Shown: one piece after another, positions 13,141 through 25,403 of the stretch
How the letters are laid out: every line of letters begins with the position of its first letter
Numbering within the stretch: position 1 is the stretch's first letter
NCBI RefSeq assembly: GCF_001194135.2
Contig: NC_068987.1
Span: forward strand, 26,841,486-26,905,485
Length of the DNA stretch: 64,000 bases
From: Octopus bimaculoides
Lineage: Eukaryota
Direction: 5' to 3'
Position numbers and translations under genes: made by a program
The notes under the pieces: generated by a model
Seen by the model: only the letters and a program-made list of their open reading frames with translations
Database searches by the model: none
What the model was told of the DNA's origin: nothing

Positions 13141-14006
13141 ACATATAAAACGAGAAGAGTACACATTTAGCAGTCTATGCTATTTCTGTATTGCACAAAA
13201 ATGACGTACAGGAATTAACACTGAGTAGCCAATGGCATATATAGACAGGTGTGTGTTTAGCAAATTCCATCCAACATACATTTTTGATATATTAAAATTA
13301 TCTCCATCTTGAAGGAAGTGTCCAAATGTTCACATGACATTCAAATCAAGAAATTTCCTTGTATATATATANNNNNNNNNNNNNNNNNNNNNNNNNNNNN
13401 NNNNNNNNNNNNNNNNNNNNNNNNNNNNNNNNNNNNNNNNNNNNNNNNNNNNNNNNNNNNNNNNNNNNNNNNNNNNNNNNNNNNNNNNNNNNNNNNNNNN
13501 NNNNNNNNNNNNNTATATGTATATGTATATACATATATATACATATATATATATATATTTATATATATATATACATATACACATATATTTACATATACAT
13601 ATATATATAATATGTGTACACATAGAGAAACACGAACATACACACATTAATATATATGTAATATAAAAACACATATAAGTCTGTAGAAATGTGTCGTCTC
13701 CTTTGTTTCCATGTGTGATTGCGCGTTCAGTTGTGTATTTGTGCCAATGTGTGCGTGTGTACGTGCATGTGTGTGTATTTTCTTTTGTTTGTCGTTAACC
13801 ATTCTTTTCGTCATCTGTTTTTGTTATATTAGCTTTCATCCACAATTTTCTGTAAGGTAATTTAATAGACGTTTAATTTCGTTTTTATACATTGCAATTC
13901 TTCACGGTTAAATTTTAGTTGACTTTATGTGAAACGTATATAAAAACAAAACAAAATAATTCACTGATGTTCATGACAACGGAGTAATACCTACATGCCT
14001 AACTAC

Positions 14007-14105
<99 letters not shown>

Positions 14106-15044
14106 AATCTGTACATACATAGATTCGTATAAATATGCTCATATACATATAAATATACTTAGAATTATACATAGATACGCACACACATATACATACTCAT
14201 ATATCCGTACTTATAAATATACATATATGTTCATATGTACATACATGTATATATAATTATATATATTTATATATTAATATATATGTGTGTGTTTAACTAT
14301 GTTTAGCTATGTGTGTATGTGTACATGTATATAGAAGCATATATATATATATATATATATATATATCATATCATATCATATGCACGTTTGTATCTGGATT
14401 TATATGTGAATGTCTTTGTGTTACAGAGGAGTATTGCTATTTATACTTTTATAAAATATTTCTTGTTCTATTAGTTCCATTTAGTGATTTCCTTTTCAAG
14501 CCTATTAAACATATTCGTTTTCTTTTTTTTTCTGCTATGTCTATCTCACTTGATAAAATAATACAGCATTTAATATGGAAATGTTTTCTGTTTATTTTGT
14601 TATTGCTTAAAGGTCTTTACTAGCAGTGATTCAGTGATTTTGTTTGTCTCAAGTAGTTTTATTACTTTTTACAACTGTCTTACTTATACACGAGCAACTG
14701 GCGTAAATATGTCATATGCACAAGTATTAACACATACAGGTGCATACGTATACTGGTTATGATAATGTATATATATATATATATATATATNNNNNNNNNN
14801 NNNNNNNNNNNNNNNNNNNNNNNNNNNNNNNNNNNNNNNNNNNNNNNNNNNNNNNNNNNNNNNNNNNNNNNNNNNNNNNNNNNNNNNNNNNNNNNNNNNN
14901 NNNNNNNNNNNNNNNNNNNNNNNNNNNNNNNNNNNNNNNNNNNNNNNNNNNNNNNNNNNNNNNNNNNNNNNNNNNNNNNNNNNNNNNNNNNNNNNNNNNN
15001 NNNNNNNNNNNNNNNNNNNNNNNNNNNNNNNNNNNNNNNNNNNN

Positions 15045-15075
<31 letters not shown>

Positions 15076-15083
15076 GTATATAC

Positions 15084-15132
<49 letters not shown>

Positions 15133-16077
15133 TAGATAGATATATGCACATATCCATACATACACAGGCACAAACACACATATATTAAACATGTATATAT
15201 ACATATTTTTAAAACTCAGATTCAAAGGCACATGCACACACTCCATATTCATGTATAACGTAATCGTACATGTACACTTGCACATATATATTCTTACAGA
15301 GATACAAATGCGCGCACACACAGTCTCCCCCCTAACTAACACATATATATATATATGCACACAGCGAAATTTAACTTACATACTCATATGCATTCTCATA
15401 TGCAATCACAAGTAAACAAATGAATGAATCGTCCAGGTTATATTCACACGCTCAGATAGAAGTTTAAACTGACATGTACATGGCCACTCATTTTAGTTTC
15501 CAGTGATAATTATAGTTGGCGTATTGACTGAAACTCTGATGTTTAAATGCATAACTATATATGAGTGAAATTTATTTTCTTCCATATTAATACATAATAT
15601 TCCTGAGTTAATTTTAAACTGTTTGGTGGCAGAGTGTTTATTGCAAACTGAAACCATCAAAGTTTTATTGCAAACGAGTGACACCAGAATAGAACTCAGA
15701 AAGTCGAGAATATATGAAAGATATGAGAAGCTGGCCAGGAATTACTTGAACATACACACACTGATAAAGACCCACACGCGGCCTTATAATGTGCAGCGAT
15801 ATATACATGTACGAATTTACACACACATATTGGATTGGCAACTAATTTCCCGCCGTTTTTTTTCAAATTTTCGAATTTATTGCGTTTTAAAATTTTGGAA
15901 TCTATTCTTTTCGAGAATTCTATTTTTGAATCATTTTGGAATCTATTTTTTTTTCTAGTTAATTTTAGTTAATTTTTGTTTATTTTCAGATTTTATTTTT
16001 GTTTATACCCAGATCAAAATATAGCGTGAGGGAATCCTATGATTGATACGTCTTATGTGGATACCTATATATATATA

Positions 16078-16161
16078 GTTGAAATTTACAGAAAAACAGA
16101 AGACGAAGACAGGTGTATAAACAAAAACAGGTGTATTATTTGAACGCTCTTCAACAGAAAG
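16078..16161 (-). mobile_element. Short repeat family F fragment (hammerhead-related), internally deleted
   Basis: gaaatttacagaaaa..aagac.aagacaggtgtat.aaca..a.caggtgta matches 39050-39175. Retains CTGTTGAAGAGC on the minus strand. Confidence 0.65.
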
Positions 16162-16779
16162 CATCACGAGGAAATAAACAGAGAGAATATATATATATAT
16201 AACTGTTGTAGTTACTCTGTTCATTTAAGAAGTAAAAACGACCATTGTATCTGCGCGGTTAAAATGTTTAGATTTCTACACTTCGTTATTGCAAACTTAG
16301 TTGAAAATTCCTCAGCGTACACCAAATTTATGCGAAATGAAGCTTGGAATTATGTCCGGCACACATAAATGATATCATTATTACCTTCCATAATTGCCAT
16401 AATCTCTATAATTCAGTGGATAGTTGGGTTTAATTTATGAGTTTTGTTTTTCTTCTCATTTATGCGCATTATTATATATATGTTTGGTAGTAAATAGATT
16501 TCTCTCGGTCCCTACGGTATGCATCGTTCAATCGACTGAAATATCTGAAATAGTAAGTGGAAACTATTCCAAAGATGCGTGAGCTAAGAATAAGTTTATC
16601 ATATTATGTGACATGGCTGGGCATTTTGAATTACACGCACGATCCATTTGTCGATCTTCCATACAGGATTCGTCTAGAATTATGTTAATATGAAATAAAC
16701 TATTGACGCTTCTAACGGGGAATTAGTATCATGATCATATATGTCAAAGTTCTGCTAATGTTGAGCTTGTAGAAAAGTT

Positions 16780-16930
16780 GTTTTGAGCTTAAATACCGCT
16801 GACGTCGACTTGATCTTTTATCCTTTGGCATCGATAAAAATCACATCCAATTGTTGCGAATTGGGATCGATGTAATCGACTGACACCCTCCCATAAAATT
16901 TCTGGCCTTGTGCCAAAATTTGAAGCCATT
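16780..16930 (+). mobile_element. SINE family B (tail2 type), degenerate
   Basis: gtcgacttg.tctttTatcc..tcgataaa...gatcgatgtaatcgact...aatttctggccttgtgccaaaatttgaa. Confidence 0.65.
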
Positions 16931-17419
16931 ATTATTTTGTAAGACACTTGCGAGGTTCATATGAATATATCAAAGCTCATCTCACTAGCTGAAAGCGAGC
17001 TTCTAGCCACATAAGATGACAGATTTTCTTTATTATTGCTTCTCCTTAATTTAGTTGAGGGTGGGGTCTAAGTGTAGATAAGGATTTCAACTTGTTTCGT
17101 GGGGCTGTCCTGTCTGTGCATGGCTGATCTTGTTTCTGTTTCATTATTGTACTTGTTTTTCATCATTGAAACCATTTTGCTTATTTTACGTTTAAAATTC
17201 AGTTCGTGGAAAATTTTCTATGTGCAAAAGCATGATTGATTTACACATTCGCAGTTTTCATCTGATATCGATCTCTCTCTCTCTTCATTGGTTGACGCTT
17301 AATAACGTTTACTTCTTATTTGTCAGTATTCCAATCCAATCTATATGGAAACGTCAAATCGTTGATAATTGAGTCAATTTACTATCTTATTATCATAATC
17401 AGTAAGGGCATCTAACAAT

Positions 17420-18960
17420 TTCTCTATTGATATCTCTATTGACATCACATGCTCCAGGTTATTCATATAGGGACAAATATTACAGCTGACATGGAGTAAA
17501 ACCAAGGCCAGGAACCAAACCACAGTAACAAGGACATGCATGCAGGTTAATGCTGTCGAAGATTTTATACAGGTAGTTGAGACTTGACGCTTCAGGATCA
17601 ACTTGCCGCCTGAAAGTGCAAAAGAAAAATGGAAGTCACTGGACACGAAACAATTCAGAAACTGAATGTGCTCATAAGGAAAAGCACTTTGCAACACAAA
17701 CTAGCCACATTAGGAGACATTGTTCATACAATCTGCTGTGACGCCTGTGGGGTGAAAGAATAAATATTGAAATCACATCCTCAGAAATTCAGACACAATC
17801 GAACGATGGATAACAACCGAGAAAAGTAAGGCCTAACGATCAGCGGGAAAATGGGACACACTGTGGTTGATTGGCAGGGTTTGGGTGCAGCAAAATTGGA
17901 ATGGTAGTCAGAGGCCAGCAGAGATATGAGAAGAGATCTGATTGTACTGGAGGCGAAAAAGGAAGAATATGCCATATGAATCTGGGTGGCAGCAGAGCAG
18001 AGCCAACAGGGTAATCAAGAAATGTTTCAGCTGGAATGACATGTATCATATGGCAGCTTTTAAAATCCGCAGATCTGTTTATAAGCTCATGTAATCGAAT
18101 ACGAACCTAGTGAAGTGGAGCAAATCAGATATTTCTGAGTGCCCACTCTACTGGGGTAGACAGACACAACACGTTTTAGGTTCCTGCAGAGTAGCACTAG
18201 CTAGAGTTTCGGCCTTTAAGTCAAGCGTTTCGGCCTTTAATTCAAGCGTTTTGGCCCTTAATTTCTTGAACTCTCAGGGATCCGGGCCACATGTTGCTCA
18301 TGACACTTGGGTAACCTTGTCTTGACATTTTTTTACCACTTGGATGTTGGAGACCTGTGCATTTAAACCGCCTGTAGATTTCATTGGAAATCTGGAGATT
18401 TGATTGGCGGCACAATCAAGTGCTTAATGAGAACGCATACATGACAAGTACGGCAAGGGTACAACCGGAATCTCCAACAACATTCCTCAGCAAATTATAG
18501 TTAGGAAAAACTATGGAGTTTTCCTGGTAGTGCAGATAACAGAGTAGATCTTCCAGGATCAACAAAGCAACCAGAACTCATCAGGATGAGTGGTGTGGGG
18601 CGGATATCCTACTCCATTCCAGTTCACCAAAGCAACTAATTCTGACTGAATTTACTATGCGTTTGAAATTAGAATAGAAGTATCACATGTGTTCAAGACC
18701 GAATATTATGCTTGTCTGACCAGCAGCTTGAGGGAGGCACACTTCCGAGTTAAGGTTCTCGCCATAGAGGTTCGAGCCAGAGGTTAGAGCCAGAGGTTAG
18801 ATCCAGAGATTGGTACCAGAGGTTGGAACCAAAGGTGTGTGGTGAAATCTGCTTACGATTGAATAAAACAACTCTCAGTCTATGTGAAGAACTAGACCAA
18901 AGCCCTAAAGGCGATATCATAGACAGCAGAAAAAAGTGCTCCAGCTGAATTTGGTTGAAG
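17420..18960 (+). mobile_element. HERO-like RLE non-LTR retrotransposon, RT internally deleted, decayed
   Basis: RINLPPESAKEKWKSLDT...HKLATLGDIVHTICCDACGV (N-terminal region); QQG...SWNDMYHMAAFKI; RSVYKLM*SNTNLVKWSKSDISECPLY...QHVLGSCRVALA (CCHC knuckle); RFDWRHNQVL; ADILLHSSSPKQLILTEFT (RLE PD..E); repeated VEVGARG-like 12-mers; KALKAIS.TAEKC. Confidence 0.75.
18204..18390 (-). repeat. Inverted copy of the 19143-19288 sequence inserted into the HERO-like ORF; ends in three 21-bp tandem units
   Basis: Reverse complement aligns with 19143-19288 (ggcggtttaaatgcacag.tctccaacatccaagtgg...ggcccggatccct.agagttcaagaaattaagggcc.aaac). Confidence 0.9.
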
Positions 18961-19142
18961 AGGAAGAAATAAGATTTGCATACCGTTTGTTAAGACAATA
19001 TTTTTGTGTTTTAACAACAAGATAAGTGTCTCTAAGTGAGACACTGAGATAGTTGTCGTTTCACCGCTGGCATTACAATCAATGTTATTTCTTATTTAAG
19101 AATAAATATGAAAGCTGAGTCATGACGAGGAGTTACAAATTA

Positions 19143-19288
19143 ATGGAATCTCCAGGCGGTTTAAATGCACAGATCTCCAACATCCAAGTGGGTAAAAAAA
19201 AAGTCAAGAGAAGGGTACCCAAGTGTCATGACCAGGAGGAGGCCCGGATCCCTTAGAGTTCAAGAAATTAAGGGCCGAAACTCTTGCA
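19143..19288 (+). repeat. Forward copy of the same ~145-bp sequence (possible 3' UTR of the HERO-like element)
   Basis: See 18204-18390. Lies ~190 bp downstream of the HERO-like ORF end on the same strand. Confidence 0.75.
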
Positions 19289-19799
19289 TGAGTTGGATTT
19301 CTTCTTTGAAGACTTTCTGCAATTTATCTCTCTTGAGAGATTCTTATCACTTAATTTAATCAAAATATTCCTATAGTATTTGTATACGCATAGTATTCAT
19401 ATACGTATTTTGTTTCCTTTTATTATCATGAATTTATGGAAAGCAGAATGATCAAATCTGTGTCATATCATCTCTCGATAGAATACCAAATCTTCTCAAT
19501 TAATTGTCACTCTGATTCTTTGCATCATCACGTCTTTACATGATTGTCGTTCAGATGACATTTTAAAATTCTTGATAAATTTCTAGATATTACTGACAAG
19601 TCTATGATATTATCGACCGTTTGCTGTACATAATATTCTCTCATGCACATAAAAGAAATTTAGGATCGGACTGGTTCTATTATTGCTTTTACTTGATTAA
19701 TTTAGAGGAAAGTATTCTCTTGACCACCACAGTCTGATGAGATAATCATAGTTACTATTATTACAGAATATATGCAAACTGAAGTTAGTACGAATCAAG

Positions 19800-20540
19800 G
19801 ATGGGAATGGACACAATATGTGTAACGAAAGATTGAGAAACGAACAAACTTGAGAGTATAACTGCAGATGGTGGAAGGTTAACAAAATTCGAGGGACAGG
19901 TGGAAATGTTGTAGTGAAAGAAATGGCAGCCCGAGGAGATGGTATTGATATATGCTGGCAGTAGGAGTGTCTTGGTAGGCATGTAATTCCGTATTATTCT
20001 GTTGGTGATTTTTTTTAGAAGTAGTTTATGATGTTTCTACGTCTAACTAACAGCATATCAAATGTAGGTGGCAATAGTCGATTATGGGTTATACTCAAGC
20101 TTTGTGTAGTGTTTGTAATTGCTAGACGCAAAAGTAATATCCCTATTTAATAAAGTGCTTGCTGTGTTGAAGAAATGGGATAGCCAGAAGAGATCATCAA
20201 TGATGGTGATATCCACCGTTTGATGGAATCTTGAAAATTCTAAGTACTCGTTGTTCATGTCTACATAGATGTTTTGATATTGTGTTGCTAAAAGAGACAA
20301 GACTGATATATAGTCACTGGAGAATGTCTTTCAGGTTTCTGTTCACGAGACATGTATAGGTTTGATGTGAGTTGTCAATGTTACAGGTAGATAGATCTTG
20401 GGCGCAAAAGGTTAGATAAGATCAAAGAATATTATAGTATGCATAGGAATTAGAACTGTTGCAAGTTAGAGATAAGTGGATCTTTGATGTGCAGGAGGTG
20501 GTGTGTAGATGAGGAAACAGATCCTGGGGCAATACTAGAG
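19800..20540 (-). mobile_element. CR1-group (CR1/L2/Crack/Daphne-like) LINE RT 3' remnant
   Basis: PGSVSSSTHHLLHIKDPL (PQGSVLSPTLFLLHINDL motif); LNRDLKD-like segment; ITIIDDLFWLSHF...KHYTKLEY (SDLSW..HI...RP.LEY). Heavily decayed. Confidence 0.6.
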
Positions 20541-23364
20541 CCTTTACTTTGTGAGTCAGCGAGACCAATATGAATACGTACCGCGAATGGTGCAATCTAA
20601 TGCGAATTCGCGGTACGCCATTTTACAATCGTTGTGTATATACAATCATATAAAATCACTCAATTACCTTGACATATCAAGTTTTAATTTGAATTGAGCT
20701 TTAAATGTCTCTTAATCCACCTTCGTAATTAACGATACCTGTTCTAAAATACTCTTATTCAAAGAATTATCTAGCATTTTGATCTGTTAAAGGTTAATAT
20801 TTTTTCTCCTTATACACCTTAACACTGCACGAGTTAGAAACGTTCAGTGAGTCTTTGCTTGGTTGACCTTTCTACTAAAATAGCAGCTTGGTTAACAAAT
20901 TATACTTTGCCTCTTGAAAAACGAAGTTCACACTGAATAATGAATGTAATCCTAAATATAAAATGGCAAGGCAAAATGCAGTCGTTTCAATACTGTTATA
21001 CCTTTAAACATAGAGCCTCTCACTCAGAGATGATCACACTATGATAAATAAAAAATAAATAAATAAATTAATTAATTAATACTCTTTTTGTTTCTTCATT
21101 ACGGTATGTAGCTGATTTTTTTTTTCTGCAGAGTTTAGGCATCCTATCATTACAATGGCAATATGTTAGAATCCGTACAACTAACGACTACCATTGGGAA
21201 TACAGTCAGAATTAATACTATTCCCACGAAAAATATTAAAATTGCTACGTTTTGTCCCTTATTCTACTTAAATGTAAACCAGTTCAGCTTGCAGTCGTAC
21301 ACTAGCAGGTATAGCTTGATAATGTGTTTCATGCTTTCGCTCATTGTTTTACGTACCTGTGTAGTCACGTGCCCCTCACACTTGGTCTAACAAAAAAATC
21401 CGACAGGAAGAGTGAACTGCCGCCAGTCAACTGGAGTAAAGTGAAATTAAGTGCCTTCGTCAACGACACAGCGTGTCGCCCAATCAAAATTTGAAACCAC
21501 GACTTTATGATCAGGAGCTTCTTGCCTACTCAGTAGGGTACGCACCTTCACTGTTTTGTAAAATGAGGCACGATATAGACATGTTACTAAAGTAGAACTA
21601 TGCATGAGACGTGCAGTTATGAAATTATATACTGTTCTCTTTATGTAATGCACTACCCAGAAAGATTCGATGATCAGTTTGAAAAAGCTGAATATACTTT
21701 GGTGTAAATCAGTTAAATACAGTTGCAATATTTTCTTTCGTATATGGATATTTAAATTAATACAGATGTGCCATTAATTCTGAAGAAATATTCAGGTTGT
21801 TTCGTATGTAAGAAGTTACAGCTGTCTTCCCGATAATGAAGATCACTTACGTACTTAAAATAAATGTCTGCAAACGACGTAGAAAACCCGAACCGTGAGC
21901 ATTCTTTAATATGTTAGATAAAACTTTAAATGCTCATTGTTTCCACAGAGAAAAATATACAGGAGTTCTACTTGTGTGCATGTTTTAGTATATAGAGCGA
22001 CCGAACGACTCTTATACAAATAAATATTGATCTTCCATATTTCGATGGTATATCGATTATTTTTTCATATTTCATATTAATAATATATACATATTTTTTA
22101 TGAAATTAAATGAAATAGAGTTTTAATAGATATTTCGAAAATATATTGGTTTTAAACCAGAGAAATTGAAAACGGTGGAAAACGTACTTGAATTTATTTC
22201 CTACTGTAAATGGCAACAATTGAGCAAATTGATATTTGTCTGCTATGTTTTTATTACTCCCCTACAACTGGGATATTTCACCATTTCAAAAAACACTACG
22301 AAGTTTTGGAACATTTCCTTTTATAAGAATCGGCTCAGATCTTTGATAGTAATAGTATTTGTAATTAGTTGTCGAATTTCGCATATATGAGCACATATAA
22401 CTACATTAAACATATTATGCATTTGATTCGTTGGTCAACCCCATCTGGAATTGAATATATGGGTAATATATTTATTTGTTAAAGTATCGTTTACATCTAT
22501 GCAATCTGCTGGGATGTATAATTTCAACATTGATATATAAATCAGTGACAGTTTGCAATAATTATCGGTGTTGACTTGATCTAACAGAGGTGATACATGC
22601 GATCTATCCTCTATACTCTAGCGTTAAATGCTACAAACACTTAAACCATTAGACTATCTCGATATACATTTGGATTTTTCGAGCAAATTTAATTTAAGTA
22701 GGCTGACCTCACGGCTATGAAATTTGAAAAGAGAGTTTGATGTTGAGAAATCATTAAATCTACTCCTGTAATTGAATCCCATCGCGTCTGATCTTTGATT
22801 AACAACTAGTATAAAATCACTTTGAAGCAACAGATTAAACTTAATTTCTTTTTATGTAAACGTATAATGATGAAAAGTATCGCACTTCCTATATTCCATT
22901 GAGTTTTGCTTCCGGTAAATCTCAATATAATATATGTAATATATGGAACATCACATCTTTAAAGATTTTAGTTTCAATCAATAAAATCGTTTTATTTAAG
23001 AATAATTAAACCAGCGTGCGTTCGCTTTTATACATCACTCTTATATTTATTACCTAGAAATATTTATGATATTATATAAAATAAAAAGTAGTGGAAGGGT
23101 AGAATGTGTAGAACTTTATATAGTATTTATTTTCTTCTGATGAAATACCGATTTACAGTCTACCCTCCAGAAACGATTTATCTTTCATCATCCTTGAACG
23201 GATATGTATCATGCATATATTAGCGTTTAATCAATATCCCTTGTTGGTTTTGCGACAATGTAAGAAATTATTTCGTCATTAAATAGGACCTGACTAACTT
23301 CGCCCTTCCACTTGAAATATAGGATATGAAACAATGTTAGAAAACTATTTTGCATAGAGATTTT

Positions 23365-23612
23365 ATATTTTACTTGTTTCAGTCATTCGACTGTGGTCAT
23401 GCTGGGGCACCGCTTTAAAAAGTTTAGTCTGACAGATCGACTGCAGTACTTGTTCTAAATAGTCATTCAGTCACTGAGATTAGCTAAGTTACGGGCACGC
23501 AAAGAGACCAACACCGGTCGTCTAGCAAAGGAGGGAAATGTAAAGACAAAAATGCCACCTCTCTCTTTCTCTTTACACACACACACACATATATATGTAT
23601 GTGTGTGTGTGT

Positions 23613-23643
<31 letters not shown>

Positions 23644-23805
23644 CGCGAGCGCGTGTGTGTGTATGACAGGTTTCCATCTGTGAAATTTCACTCAGCATTG
23701 GTTGGTCTATGCTATAAAAGAAAAAAAGTTGCCTAAGATGCCGCACAGGGGGACTGAACCAAAACTGATGACTGGAAAGCGACCTTTTTAACCACGTAGG
23801 CCACC
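23365..23805 (-). mobile_element. SINE family A, full-length, with internal (CA)/(TG) microsatellite
   Basis: Head with ggttcagtccc B box and cttaggcaac CORE-like segment, then microsatellite, then 3' half ending gcatgaccacagtcgaatgactgaaacaagtaaaa. Confidence 0.8.
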
Positions 23806-25060
23806 AAATTTTTATTACTCCACAACTTACTCCGCAACTCATTGTTTTTATATTATCTTATGACAAGGGCATAAAAATTTGTTGGGGAACCTATCCATTA
23901 AAATAGGTAAGTGAAAACCTATTCCATGCTTGGAATATTAAAAGAAAAAACCACCGCTGTATCACAAATACAGTAGTATTAGTAATTCACTAGCAATTCT
24001 TTTGCATCAAATATATGTGATAGCTTCAGACTTATTTTAGTATTATTTAAATTCGCTAACAGTATATTTCAGTCATTCAATATACCATTAAGCAGTTAAA
24101 TATTTTATCATACTGATAATGTCTCATATTTATTTATTTTGTAAATGCTTATTTAACTCTGTATCAAAAAATATGTTATTTTTCTTATTCTTACTCTATC
24201 AAATAATGTTATTTTTCTTATTTAACCTCCTATGTTTTTACATTTTTTACAAACCCTATACCAAATATTGCTCTATGTAGCATTGCTAAGAATGGAGTGA
24301 CTAACACACAGTTTTCAATACATGTGGTGGGCTTTTCACTGAAAGCACTGTCAGTAAAATATACGGCTGAATTTAAGCAACAAACCCATGCAATTACAAG
24401 TACCTCTACTGCAAAAAGATATGCCAAGAAAATGACACATCTTAAACACAATCACTGACAAATCCATTGTATGGAATATTAGGTTTAGTGATGCAAACAG
24501 GAAAAATAGAACTCAAAACATGAGTATATATATATGGTTTTATTAATAATTGGTAGAATGTACATAGCGAATCAAGGAAGGGCTGAAATGTTCGTTCGTT
24601 GGCACTTAACACACTCATTAATAGAATATCAGAAAGTTGAGAATTAATGAAGTCATTCTCATTGATATAGTAATTATTAAAAGTGATACGAATTACACAA
24701 AGCGGATTGGCTTGTGTTAACAACATGCATCTGTGCATGGTAGGCCCAGTATCCTCATATATTGCATACCAAAATATACCAGTTCCAGTTCATAAACAAC
24801 TATAGTTTTGTTCTTGGGAAAGGGATTTTACACCAATGTGTTGTGTTGCTTCTATTTTACTCCTTTTTATTTTGTTTTTCAGGCTATGTTTTAACTTAAT
24901 ATTATCTCACAATATTCCATGGCAACTATACTGCTATAATGTATATAAATTAATTCTGGCAGTTGCACCTAAGTAGATGAAAGGACATTTTTCTACTTCA
25001 GGTATCGGCATCGTCTGTTCTGCAGCGATGGTATTGAGCATTTTTTTCCCTGTCGGCTAT

Positions 25061-25151
<91 letters not shown>

Positions 25152-25360
25152 ACACATGCCCACGCAAGCGCACACACACATATACACACACACACATGCA
25201 CATACACTCACACACAAACACACACACGTACGCAAGCAGAAGCACACACATATACATATAAAGATATACATATACGTATATATGTATATATGTATGTATA
25301 TATGTGTTTATGTGTGTGTATATATATGTATGCATGCATGCAAGAATGTGTGTGTTTGAA

Positions 25361-25403
<43 letters not shown>

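Noticed and set aside
12819-13166. Minus-strand ORF resembling an aspartic protease, or spliced exons with a WD-like IRMWD
   Set aside because: It is the antisense of the RTE RT fragment, which explains the region colinearly on the plus strand.
18207-18270. Short regularly spaced repeats resembling a CRISPR array (also 18765-18835, 40765-40820)
   Set aside because: Tandem duplications without unique spacers; eukaryotic context and no cas genes.
24230-24800. Hydrophobic minus-strand ORFs suggesting a GPCR or Cys-loop receptor pseudogene
   Set aside because: No diagnostic motif (DRY, NPxxY, or a complete Cys-loop); hydrophobicity is expected from T-rich sequence.
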